From: an uncultured Bacillota bacterium
Lineage (GTDB): Bacteria; Bacillota_I; Bacilli_A; RF39; UBA660
DNA: 58,997 bases
NCBI GenBank assembly: GCA_947650795.1
Contig: CANSWR010000003.1
Coordinates: 1-58,997, forward strand
Reading direction: 5' to 3'
The notes under the pieces were generated by a model. The model worked only from the letters and a program-made list of their open reading frames with translations. It did no database searches and was not told where the DNA came from. The position numbers and the translations under genes are program-made. Each line of letters starts with the position of its first letter. Within the stretch, counting starts at the first letter, position 1. Positions 9,887-18,701 of the stretch are shown here, one piece after another.

Positions 9887-10108
9887 TTATTCTTCTGCTT
9901 GAAAATCACTTAGAGTACCATCTTCATTAAGTATTTTATTTACTGTTTTGGTAGCATTTGCCAAAGATTCTTCACAAAATTTTACATGTGTCATTGCTTC
10001 TTCATATTTTTTTATCATATCATCAAGAGGTACTTCCCCTTTTTCAAGTTCTCTTATAATTTCCTCTAAACTTAATAAAGAGCTTTCGAAAGTTTTTTCT
10101 TTAGTCAT
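9887..10108 (-). CDS. xseB: Exodeoxyribonuclease VII small subunit
   Basis: FESSLLSLEEIIRELEKGEVPLDD...YEE...C...L..A. Confidence 0.93.
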   Translation of the reverse strand: MTKEKTFESSLLSLEEIIRELEKGEVPLDDMIKKYEEAMTHVKFCEESLANATKTVNKILNEDGTLSDFQAEE

Positions 10109-10650
10109 TTTATTTTCCTCCTTAATTGTTTTTCATCAATCTTTACGTTTTCTAATAGTATTATAATTTCCTCGTTTCCGTTCCTTTTTGCTATATCTAA
10201 AGCAGTTAACCCTTCTCTATTTTTAATTTTGGTGTCTGCTTGGTTTTCTAATAAAATTTTTATAGCTTCTATATTTTTTAATATTACTGCTTCTATTAAT
10301 GGTGTATTTCCATTAATATTTATACTATTTATGTAAGCAAATGATTTTAAAAGTATTATTAAGTTAATTGTGTTTTGACCAATTATACTACAATGTAAAG
10401 GTGTATTTCCATCTTTATCTTTTATATTTACTAGAGCGCCTTTATTTATTAGAAATTTTAATTCACTTTCATGTAGGTATTTTGCTGCTTCACATAATAC
10501 AACGAGACCATCTTTATTTCTATAGTTAATGTTTGCACCTTGACTAATTAATTTTTTCATGTAAGTAATGTGATTTTTAGTATCTTTTATGGTATCTTTA
10601 TTTATGGAATTTAAAAGTTTTTCATTAATATTATCTATATTATTATTCAT
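10105..10650 (-). CDS. Ankyrin-repeat protein inserted between xseA and xseB
   Basis: GANINY, GNTPLHCS, GNTPLIEA, GLTALDIA (about 4 ANK repeats). Confidence 0.92.
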   Translation of the reverse strand: MNNNIDNINEKLLNSINKDTIKDTKNHITYMKKLISQGANINYRNKDGLVVLCEAAKYLHESELKFLINKGALVNIKDKDGNTPLHCSIIGQNTINLIILLKSFAYINSININGNTPLIEAVILKNIEAIKILLENQADTKIKNREGLTALDIAKRNGNEEIIILLENVKIDEKQLRRKIK

Positions 10651-11911
10651 TTTCTATTTCACTCACTTTGCTTATAATTATGCCATCATTTAATCTTGTG
10701 GTAATTTTGCTATTTATTTTTAAATCTTTAGTGTTTTTAATTATTTTACCATCTAATAAGGTTACAGAATATCCTTTTTTTAATATGTTTTCAGGATTTA
10801 GTAATTCTAATTTTATTTTAATGTTTTCTAGTTTTGTATTATAGTTTTCTAGTTTGTAATTTATTATGTTTAAAAGTTTCTCTTTGAAGTTAGATAATCT
10901 TGTGGGTTCTATTGTCAATCTATGCTTCATCGTTGTAATAAGTTTTTCAAGTAAGTTATCAAGTTTCTGTTCTTCTTTCTCATATAAACTAAGTGGGTTA
11001 TTTAGTATATAATTATTTTTATATTTTTTAATTATTTCTTCGTAAGTGCCTATTTTTTTTGTGATTACGCTTATTATTCTTGATTTATAATCACTTAGAT
11101 ATCTGGTAATTTCAAGTCTATTAGGTACAACAAGTTCTGCTGCTCCTGTTGGAGTAGGAGCTCTTAAATCTGCGACAAAATCACTAATTGTAAAGTCTAT
11201 TTCATGCCCTACCGCGCTTACAATTGGTTTTGGACATGTGTAGATAGCTCTAGCTACAATTTCTTCGTTAAATGCCCATAAATCTTCGATTGAACCTCCA
11301 CCTCTTCCAATAATAATTACGTCAACATCGCTTACACTGGCACATTCTAACATATGTACTATATTTGTTTTTGCTCCTTCTCCTTGTACTAAAGTAGGGA
11401 ATAATATGATTTCTGTTAAAGGAAACCTTCTGTTAATTGTACTTATAATATCTTTGACTGCTGCGCCTGTTGGTGCTGTTATAACCCCTACTTTTTTGGG
11501 AATTCTAGGTAACTTTTTCTTTTTTGATTCTTCGAATAATCCTTCTGCAGAAAGTTTCTTTTTCAATTCTTCAAATAATATGTACAAATTTCCAATACCA
11601 TCTTCTCTCATACTTGTAACATTTATTTGATAATTTCCTCCAGCAACGAATACATTGACTCTTCCTCTAACTTCGACGTTCATTCCGTCTTTAGGTATAA
11701 AGTTAAGTCCAGCTTCTTGATAATTAAACATTACGGCATTAATTTTACTTGTTTCATCTTTTAAACTAAAGTATAAATGCCCTCTAGTATGAAATTTTAA
11801 GTTACTTATTTCTCCTTTTATACATACAAATGTTAGAAATTCATCTTTATCAAATATTGTTTTAATATAGTTATTTAAGTCACTTACTGTAAGATATATT
11901 TCTTCATTCAT
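10643..11911 (-). CDS. xseA: Exodeoxyribonuclease VII large subunit
   Basis: GEISN, GHLYFSLKD, GRGGGSIEDLWAFN, SAVGHEIDFT. Confidence 0.97.
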   Translation of the reverse strand: MNEEIYLTVSDLNNYIKTIFDKDEFLTFVCIKGEISNLKFHTRGHLYFSLKDETSKINAVMFNYQEAGLNFIPKDGMNVEVRGRVNVFVAGGNYQINVTSMREDGIGNLYILFEELKKKLSAEGLFEESKKKKLPRIPKKVGVITAPTGAAVKDIISTINRRFPLTEIILFPTLVQGEGAKTNIVHMLECASVSDVDVIIIGRGGGSIEDLWAFNEEIVARAIYTCPKPIVSAVGHEIDFTISDFVADLRAPTPTGAAELVVPNRLEITRYLSDYKSRIISVITKKIGTYEEIIKKYKNNYILNNPLSLYEKEEQKLDNLLEKLITTMKHRLTIEPTRLSNFKEKLLNIINYKLENYNTKLENIKIKLELLNPENILKKGYSVTLLDGKIIKNTKDLKINSKITTRLNDGIIISKVSEIENE

Positions 11912-12314
11912 TGTTTACCTCATTATTTAGTATTTCGTCTAAAATTGCGTTTAGCATTTTAGTGATTTTTTCGTCGCTAAATTTTTTAGATAGTTCTATT
12001 CCTTCATTTATGCTTACTATATGAGGTGTAGCAGTATGTAGAAGTTCAAATACACTCATTCTAAAAATTGCTTGATCTATATTTCCTAATCGAGATATAG
12101 TCCATTCTTTCATATATTTATTTATTAATTCATCTATTTCTTTTTCTTTGTATAAAACGCCCATAACAATAGAAGAAACAAAATTATCATTTGATGGATC
12201 TATTTCTTTCATAATTGAGCTTATATCATATTCCATTTTTTCTTTTCTATACACATTAATCTGATATAGAATTGTCATAATTTTTTCTCTTAACTCGCTT
12301 CTAGTAGTTTTCAT
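11904..12314 (-). CDS. nusB: Transcription antitermination factor NusB
   Basis: RSELRE..M..LYQ, INEGIELSKKF, NAILD; start moved to the ATG with an RBS. Confidence 0.92.
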   Translation of the reverse strand: MKTTRSELREKIMTILYQINVYRKEKMEYDISSIMKEIDPSNDNFVSSIVMGVLYKEKEIDELINKYMKEWTISRLGNIDQAIFRMSVFELLHTATPHIVSINEGIELSKKFSDEKITKMLNAILDEILNNEVNNE

Positions 12315-12438
12315 TTTATGCACCTTCTTTACATCTTTTTATTTATTATTAAGACTTTTTTAGTATAACATATTGTGTAGAATTAAGTCAAACGTTTTTT
12401 TGCTATTTGTATAAATTTATTGAAGGTATTATAAAAAT

Positions 12439-12672
12439 TTAAAAAAGTAATTCTAGTAGGCGTCCTTTTTTGTAATACCTTCTTTCATTATTGATATCAA
12501 TATAATGTATTTTATCAGTTTCTATTAAATCATATAATATACTGTGAATTAATATTCTAGTGTTGTGATCTAAAGGATTTTGAAATTCATTTAATAGTTC
12601 ATCAATAGTGAAAGAACTTAAGTGATTTAAAATTAAATCTTCAATATCTTCTTTAGTCATTATTATTTCCAT
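12439..12672 (-). CDS. Small hypothetical protein (winged-helix-like)
   Basis: FTIDELL...ILYDLIETDKI...RRYY pattern. Confidence 0.55.
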   Translation of the reverse strand: MEIIMTKEDIEDLILNHLSSFTIDELLNEFQNPLDHNTRILIHSILYDLIETDKIHYIDINNERRYYKKGRLLELLF

Positions 12673-12901
12673 TTCTATTATTTAGTTTTTTAATATTTGT
12701 TAAATATTTTGTGTTAAAATCTATACCTTGTATATTATCTTCACTTAGATACAAGATATTTGTAATTATATCTCTATATAAAGTCAATATTTCTTTATTG
12801 CTTAGTCTAATTGTTATTTTTTCAAATTTTTCTTTTTCATCTGTTCTTTTTTTATAATAATAATCTCTAACGCTGTGAATGCAGCCTTCATATATATCCA
12901 T
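12653..12901 (-). CDS. Hypothetical protein
   Basis: ORF with AGGAAGTG RBS, overlapping the next gene. Confidence 0.6.
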   Translation of the reverse strand: MDIYEGCIHSVRDYYYKKRTDEKEKFEKITIRLSNKEILTLYRDIITNILYLSEDNIQGIDFNTKYLTNIKKLNNRNGNNND

Positions 12902-12953
12902 TTTTTCACTTCCTAATTGTTTTTTATTATATGTTTTTTTACAAATTTAGTCA

Positions 12954-12977
12954 AGAAAAAGCGAATGGTCTTCGCTT
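12954..12977 (-). terminator. Intrinsic terminator of ylbL
   Basis: AAGCGAA-GACCA-TTCGCTT followed by a T-run. Confidence 0.75.
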
Positions 12978-12991
12978 ATTTATAAATTTTT

Positions 12992-13056
12992 GCTGAACTG
13001 TAAAAGTGAATTCCGCCCCTAATTTCTATAAACTGGAATTAACTCTGCAATTGAGC
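12992..13056. mobile_element. 65-bp MITE-like insertion with 13-bp target-site duplication
   Basis: Imperfect ~22-bp terminal inverted repeats flanked by TTTATAAATTTTT at 12979-12991 and 13057-13069. Confidence 0.75.
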
Positions 13057-13057
13057 T

Positions 13058-14071
13058 TTATAAATTTTTCAATTCTTCTACTACATTATCAAATGTATCA
13101 GCTTTTATAATTTTAATGTTATATTTGTTTTCTTTTTTTAATTTTATTGCTTCTTCATAGTTTTCACTAGGAACAATAAATACATCAGCTTTTTTTCTAA
13201 CTGCTCCTGCAAGCTTGTATTTTACTCCTGCTATTTCACCCACTTTACCGTCTAGTGAAATTGTTCCAGTTCCAGATATCTTTTTCCCTTTTGTTAAATC
13301 ATATTTAGTTATTCTATTATATATTTCTAATGCAGACATTAATCCACCTGATGCACCTGATTCTGTGCCTTTATATTTGAATGATACTTCTTTTTCGGTT
13401 TTTACATCTAAAATGGTTACTAAAGTTATTCCTATGATTATTTTCCCATCATCTTCATAAAGAGTAGCATAGCATTCTTTTTCTTTTCCATCTCTTTCTA
13501 CTATTATTTCGATTTTGTCGCCAGATTTTTTATCTTGATATGAATTTTGAACGTCTTCTAAGCTGTTAATTTTTTTACCATTTATACTTTTTATTATATC
13601 TCCAGTTTTTAAATTAGAATTAGATTCTTTTAATTTATAATAAATTTGAGTTTCATTTTTTAGTATTTCATATTTTTCTCCAGCTGCTTTAAACGCTACT
13701 GCAATAGCATTTTCGTTGACACTGTGTAAATCTATTTGTCCTCTTTTTAGGATGTCATCATAATCTTCATCTTCATTTAATCTTACTTCTTCTATGCTTA
13801 CTAAATCCCAAGATGGTATTATATAAGATAGTAGTATAGCAGGAATTGTTCCAGTTTTTGAACTTACATACGTTAGATTAAATGATCCTTTACTATCATA
13901 ACCATCTTCTACTTCAATTCTTTTATTTAAGTTACTTAGTCCACCAGGAGTATATATTTCATAATCTAATCTAATAGTAGCTAATAAGATACATATAACC
14001 AAAAAAATGATACTTAGATAATTTTCTTTTATAAACTTTTTAATTTTTTCATATAATTTATTAGTTTCCAT
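13058..14071 (-). CDS. ylbL: PDZ/Lon-like S16 protease (YlbL/SepM family)
   Basis: N-terminal TM, PDZ, SGASGGLM, ISGTGTI, GEIAGVKYK; divergent from ylbJ as in Bacillus. Confidence 0.88.
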   Translation of the reverse strand: METNKLYEKIKKFIKENYLSIIFLVICILLATIRLDYEIYTPGGLSNLNKRIEVEDGYDSKGSFNLTYVSSKTGTIPAILLSYIIPSWDLVSIEEVRLNEDEDYDDILKRGQIDLHSVNENAIAVAFKAAGEKYEILKNETQIYYKLKESNSNLKTGDIIKSINGKKINSLEDVQNSYQDKKSGDKIEIIVERDGKEKECYATLYEDDGKIIIGITLVTILDVKTEKEVSFKYKGTESGASGGLMSALEIYNRITKYDLTKGKKISGTGTISLDGKVGEIAGVKYKLAGAVRKKADVFIVPSENYEEAIKLKKENKYNIKIIKADTFDNVVEELKNL

Positions 14072-14113
14072 AATTTACCTCTCATTTTATTATAACATAT
14101 AGTGAGGAAAATT

Positions 14114-15013
14114 ATGATTAAAAATTTAATTAATTTAGGTAAAATATTGTTTTTTAGTTTTATAGTGTTTGTGTTTTTATCAAATCCTGATATAATTATT
14201 GATTCTGTGAATTATAGTATGGATGTTTTTTTAAAAAACTTGCTTCCAACTTTGTTTCCATTTTTTGTATTAGTAGATTTTCTTATTAATTATGGTTATG
14301 TTGATTGTTTAAAAGGTATTTTTAGGTTTAAATATGGTTATATAATTTTACTTTCTTTAGTATCTGGACTTCCGAGTAATGCTAAATATATTAAAAGTTT
14401 TTTAGATAGAAATATGATTAATATTCATGATGCTGAGATTATGTTGTCAGTAACTTTTTTTCCTAATCCTATGTTTGTAATAAGTAGTGTGGGACTACTT
14501 ATGATGGGTAGTTTAAAGTTAGGTGTTATGGCACTTGTTAGTGTTTATATTTCTAATTTTTTAGTTTATCTTTTATATTATAGAAAATTAGATAATATTA
14601 GTGATGTCTCTTTTAGTAATGAAAAAGTACATTTTTCAAAGTTATTGAGTAGTAGTATAAGAAACAATGCTACTACTCTTTTAGTTATTTTGGGTACAAT
14701 TATGTTTTTTATGACACTTATTAATATTTTAGTTAATTTTATTAATTTAGGGGACAAATTCTTTCCTATTGTCAGTGGTATTTTTGAAATGACTAGTGGT
14801 ATAAAAAATATGAGTACTAGTATTTTTAGTACTCAGGCAAAATATCTTTTTATTTCATTATTTTTGTCATTTTCTGGTATGAGTGTTTTAATGCAAGCTT
14901 TTAGTATTTTAAATGATTATAAGATTAATGTTAATGTTATACTTAAAAATAAACTTTTGGTTATGTTATTTAATTTTATTATCAACTATTTCTATATTGT
15001 ATTCTTCGTGTGA
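14114..15013 (+). CDS. ylbJ: Sporulation integral membrane protein YlbJ/SpoVV-like
   Basis: LLPTLFPFF, SGLPSNAK, NPMFVI, GIFEMTSG, FSGMSVLMQ. Confidence 0.85.
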   Translation: MIKNLINLGKILFFSFIVFVFLSNPDIIIDSVNYSMDVFLKNLLPTLFPFFVLVDFLINYGYVDCLKGIFRFKYGYIILLSLVSGLPSNAKYIKSFLDRNMINIHDAEIMLSVTFFPNPMFVISSVGLLMMGSLKLGVMALVSVYISNFLVYLLYYRKLDNISDVSFSNEKVHFSKLLSSSIRNNATTLLVILGTIMFFMTLINILVNFINLGDKFFPIVSGIFEMTSGIKNMSTSIFSTQAKYLFISLFLSFSGMSVLMQAFSILNDYKINVNVILKNKLLVMLFNFIINYFYIVFFV

Positions 15014-15427
15014 GACTACTATTAATGTTATAAGTGTTAAAAATTCATTATCTACCCTTCTAATTTTATATGTGTAATCATTTGGTAATTTTCTTACTAC
15101 TTCTTTTAAATTATTGGTCGTATCAGTTAACTCTACAACCGTTTTATTGTTAGTAAGTTTAAGTTCTTTTGTAGTCCCATCTTTCATATTAAATGTACAA
15201 GTTGTTTCTGTGCACTCAGAAGATGTGATTCCTTCACTTTTTTTTATACTTTCATTTAAGTTTTTAGAAAGTATAGATTTATTTAACAGTAATTCTGTGG
15301 TTTGTGAGATAACATTTTCATCTTTTCTTACAGTATTTAATAATTTAAACATGAATACCATTACTAGAGATAAAAGTGCCACACTTATAGTTATTTCTAG
15401 TAAAGTAAATCCTTTTTTGTTTAGCAT
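14966..15427 (-). CDS. Type IV pilin-like protein
   Basis: Class III signal KKG|FTLLE plus TM; Cys pair. Confidence 0.85.
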   Translation of the reverse strand: MLNKKGFTLLEITISVALLSLVMVFMFKLLNTVRKDENVISQTTELLLNKSILSKNLNESIKKSEGITSSECTETTCTFNMKDGTTKELKLTNNKTVVELTDTTNNLKEVVRKLPNDYTYKIRRVDNEFLTLITLIVVSHEEYNIEIVDNKIK

Positions 15428-15437
15428 GTTTGCCTCC

Positions 15438-15893
15438 TTATATTCTAAGTGATGCGTAATAGTTTCTTCCGTTATATTTAAAGCTAACTATTATAAATCT
15501 TGTTGTACTATTTCTTTGGATTGTTTTCATATATTCTCTTAAAGAGTTTTTTAGTGGAATAGAACTTGACGCTAGTATTACAGATACATCTGCATTATTT
15601 ATATATACATTTTCTATATTTAATGTTTCTAATACAGCTCTACATCCTGTTTTCATGTATGATGTGCAATTGTTAGGCGTAATTGTTATAAGGTTTGTAG
15701 TACTTTCTTTTGTTTCTTCTGATATATAATCTCTTACTACATCTACTTTATATAAATCATTTATATTGTCATAATATCTTCTAATATTTATGTCTGTAGA
15801 AATTTTTATGTACATTCCATACAAACTTACTATACTTACTGTTAGAACTACAAGGACTATTAAAGTTTCTATAAATACAAATCCTTTTTTCAT
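15438..15893 (-). CDS. Type IV pilin-like protein (minor)
   Basis: KKG|FVFIE plus TM; Cys pair. Confidence 0.85.
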   Translation of the reverse strand: MKKGFVFIETLIVLVVLTVSIVSLYGMYIKISTDINIRRYYDNINDLYKVDVVRDYISEETKESTTNLITITPNNCTSYMKTGCRAVLETLNIENVYINNADVSVILASSSIPLKNSLREYMKTIQRNSTTRFIIVSFKYNGRNYYASLRI

Positions 15894-16054
15894 TATTCAT
15901 ACTCCTTATTTAAGTTTTGTTTTACTTCTTTAACTTGTGTTCCTATCAAACTACTTCTATATGCGTATGATGTAAGTAAGGATAGCATTACTAATAAAAA
16001 TACAATTATAAAACTATAAACAACAGCCATTGAGACGAATCCATCTTTTTTCAC
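15893..16054 (-). CDS. 53-aa minor pilin-like protein (not in ORF track)
   Basis: AGGTGA RBS, GTG start, MKKDG|FVSMAVVYSFIIVFLLVMLSLL...; TAATG overlap with the next pilin gene. Confidence 0.8.
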   Translation of the reverse strand: MKKDGFVSMAVVYSFIIVFLLVMLSLLTSYAYRSSLIGTQVKEVKQNLNKEYE

Positions 16055-16141
16055 TATTATCACCTACTATAAAATTATTATATCATAAAAAAATTATCTA
16101 GTGTAGACTAAATAATTTTATGTGCTTTAGTTTTGTTGTTA

Positions 16142-16190
16142 GCTAAGCTGTAAAAATGAGTTTTTATTATAAAAATAGAATTAATATAGC
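16142..16190. repeat. Degenerate copy of the 12992-13056 MITE
   Basis: 17/21 identity to the left end (transitions only); shared TATAAA..GAATTAA..AGC right end. Confidence 0.45.
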
Positions 16191-16234
16191 TTTTTAATTT
16201 GTATCTAAATATATTTTTTAGCATATTATATTAT

Positions 16235-16429
16235 ATGAATAAGTTATATGAAATTATTAATTTGTATAAGACTAATAGAAAGCTTTTTAATGTAATAATA
16301 CTTACTGTAACAGTGGTTTTAATTGTTTGGCAAGCAATATTTGCTTTAATTATGCCTTCGAGAGGAAATGTTATACTACTTATTGTATTGATAGGTGCGC
16401 TTATTTTTCAACTTTTTAATGATGTTTAA
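16235..16429 (+). CDS. Small 2-TM membrane protein
   Basis: Two hydrophobic helices; terminator follows. Confidence 0.6.
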   Translation: MNKLYEIINLYKTNRKLFNVIILTVTVVLIVWQAIFALIMPSRGNVILLIVLIGALIFQLFNDV

Positions 16430-16443
16430 GATTAATATATAAT

Positions 16444-16467
16444 AACTGAAAGATTTTCAGTTTTTTT
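16444..16467 (+). terminator. Intrinsic terminator
   Basis: AACTGAAA-GAT-TTTCAGTT followed by a T-run. Confidence 0.7.
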
Positions 16468-16489
16468 GTACAATAGTAAAGTCATCATT

Positions 16490-16708
16490 AAAAAGTTGAA
16501 AACAATACTCGAACAAAACAAAATGCAAAAAAATATTTGGCAAATAAAAATATATGCGCTATTATTAATGTAGTCAGATATTAAGTGTGGTAAAAAAGAT
16601 CAAAATATGAAACTTATAAGTAAAAGAGAATATGAATGTAAAAGATGTGGAAATTTAATAGAAGAAGGAATTAAGTTACTAATAAAAGAAAATAAATTAA
16701 TTACATAG
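16490..16708 (+). pseudogene. tnpB: IS200/IS605 TnpB C-terminal relic (zinc ribbon)
   Basis: SQI/(frameshift)KCGKKDQNMKLISKREYECKRCGNLIE-EGIKLL; the DRD.NA RuvC-III motif is deleted. Confidence 0.75.
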
Positions 16709-16786
16709 TTTTAATTTACTTTTGTTCTAACCAAAAATATTAGGCATATAACCTAATATGAGTGTTTAAGAACTGTTTAGTGATTA

Positions 16787-17620
16787 TCATATAATCAAAT
16801 AATTAGTTCTATATATATAATCTAGTAAAGAGTTTATTTCTTTTATTTTATCATATTCTTTATTGTTTTCTTCTAAGGTTGTTGGCATGCTTATCATAAT
16901 AAGTAATAGTTTCGCTTCATCTTTATCAAGTGGATATTCATCGTTATAAATTTTTAATAGATTTGTAAAGTCCATTGTTTTGTATTCTTTTTTGTACAGC
17001 TTATATATATCTAAGATACGTGTATCAACCAAATAATTGTCCCATGAAGTAAGTAGAGACTTTTCCCCTTCTATAAAGTTTTCTCTTTTTAAGTTATTAT
17101 GAACTATACAAACTTTTTCTTTTGTTTTATCTTTTACTAGATTGTACCAAGAGTTAAGTTCTTTTTCTATAAATACTAGATTAGAATTTATTATTGAGTA
17201 ATTTCTAGCTAATAAGTAATCACTTGGAGACATATATATTTTTAAATCTATAGTTCTAATTAAGTTTTCATAAAATTCTTTTAAATAGTCTATATTCCCT
17301 ATTAATGTGTTATAAATATCTTTATATTTTTTTCTACTAATATCCTTAAAATATGTAGTTTTATAGTGAAGACTACTAATTGTTTTTATTAAATCTATAT
17401 CTTTTGTGTTAGATGAAAAAGGATCATCTTCATAGTATTTGTATTTTATTTCGTCTTTTGTTTCTTCTATTATTTCAGGATATATGTTAAATTCTCTTGT
17501 ATTTAAGTAATTAAATAGTGTACTTAAGTCTTTCTTTTTGGGCTTTATTACATATTTTCCTTCTTCTGTAGTAAGTATTTTTACATTTCCTTTTATTTGT
17601 ATTTTATTAATCTTGCTCAT
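16787..17620 (-). CDS. ysxE: YsxE-like spore coat protein (kinase-like fold)
   Basis: GKYVIK, LH.KT, MSPSDYLLARN, IVHNNL; directly downstream of the LysM coat gene as in spoVID-ysxE. Confidence 0.7.
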   Translation of the reverse strand: MSKINKIQIKGNVKILTTEEGKYVIKPKKKDLSTLFNYLNTREFNIYPEIIEETKDEIKYKYYEDDPFSSNTKDIDLIKTISSLHYKTTYFKDISRKKYKDIYNTLIGNIDYLKEFYENLIRTIDLKIYMSPSDYLLARNYSIINSNLVFIEKELNSWYNLVKDKTKEKVCIVHNNLKRENFIEGEKSLLTSWDNYLVDTRILDIYKLYKKEYKTMDFTNLLKIYNDEYPLDKDEAKLLLIMISMPTTLEENNKEYDKIKEINSLLDYIYRTNYLII

Positions 17621-18389
17621 TAGAAATAAATGGAATTATAATTTTATCTCCTATGTTTATGTTGCTTAAATCGTTGTATTCTTTTAAATCATCAAGGGTT
17701 ACATTATATTTGATTGCAATACTTTCTATTGTATCCTCTGATCTCATTATGTATATTTTATATTTGTAGTAACTTGTTTCTTCATTACTCATTATATTTT
17801 CTAATATTTCAGTATCATTTTCGTTTAAATTTGTATGAACTTCCGTTTGTGTTATTTCTTTAATTTCTTTCGTTTCTTCATGTATAGTATCTAACATTAC
17901 CTCGTTATGAAATACTTGTGGGGTTTCTACTTCACTAGCATTATTTAGCATTTCTTCTATATCATTCATAATTATTTGCTCCTCCTCTTCAACTAAATCA
18001 GCTTCTTTTGGTTCTTCTATAGGTAAGTCAATACTTTCTTCTATAGGAACTGGTGTAGGTTCTTCATAAATCATTTCTTGATAGAACATGTTTAAATACA
18101 TTTTTAAATGTAGTATGTCTTTTTCTACTTCATATTTGAAGTCTTTTATTGTTAAGTTTATTGAACTGTGGTCTATTAAACTAGATAGTGCGATTGTGAA
18201 TGGAATAGTATAAGTAAATTCTTCTTTTTGTAAGCTTGCTTTTGTTAGTTTGTATTCTCCACTTACATCAAAATAACCTTCAATAGTATCTTCAAGTATT
18301 TTATAATCATGACTTAGTGAGATATCTGTTATTTCTTCTACTCTAGTTTTCATTATACAATCTTTTTTAAATTCTATTACATTATTCAA
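17607..18389 (-). CDS. spoVID: SpoVID-like spore coat morphogenetic protein with C-terminal LysM
   Basis: N-terminal SPOCS-like region, acidic linker, LysM DTIESIAIKYNV...GDKIIIP. Confidence 0.72.
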   Translation of the reverse strand: MNNVIEFKKDCIMKTRVEEITDISLSHDYKILEDTIEGYFDVSGEYKLTKASLQKEEFTYTIPFTIALSSLIDHSSINLTIKDFKYEVEKDILHLKMYLNMFYQEMIYEEPTPVPIEESIDLPIEEPKEADLVEEEEQIIMNDIEEMLNNASEVETPQVFHNEVMLDTIHEETKEIKEITQTEVHTNLNENDTEILENIMSNEETSYYKYKIYIMRSEDTIESIAIKYNVTLDDLKEYNDLSNINIGDKIIIPFISNEQD

Positions 18390-18394
18390 TATAA

Positions 18395-18440
18395 AACACT
18401 CCTTTCATTTAACTGTATGAAGGAGTGTTAAAGGTTATGC
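18395..18440 (-). promoter_or_regulatory. sigmaE promoter embedded in an RBS-sequestering terminator-like hairpin
   Basis: GCATAA-15-CATACAGT; arms AACACTCCTTCAT / ATGAAAGGAGTGTT. Confidence 0.7.
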
Positions 18441-18701
18441 AGCTTTTTTTACAAGAGTGTTTTCTCTATGTATTTGTACGTATCCTATTTTTTCTAAATT
18501 TATTATTAGTTCGTCTGAGATAACGCCTAATTCGTCTAATTTTATTGATGTTCTGAATTCATCATCTAATATTATATAGAGTGCAACTCTAGGTGTTTTA
18601 TCTATTCCTTCATAGATTTCATAGGCAAGTATATCTGAATCGCTTGTTTTAAATGCTTCTCTAAGTGTTTTTGCTTTTTTGCTTTCTGTTATGAAACTCA
18701 T
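18435..18701 (-). CDS. Hypothetical protein
   Basis: AAAGGAG RBS inside the lon 3' end; 88 aa. Confidence 0.65.
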   Translation of the reverse strand: MSFITESKKAKTLREAFKTSDSDILAYEIYEGIDKTPRVALYIILDDEFRTSIKLDELGVISDELIINLEKIGYVQIHRENTLVKKAA

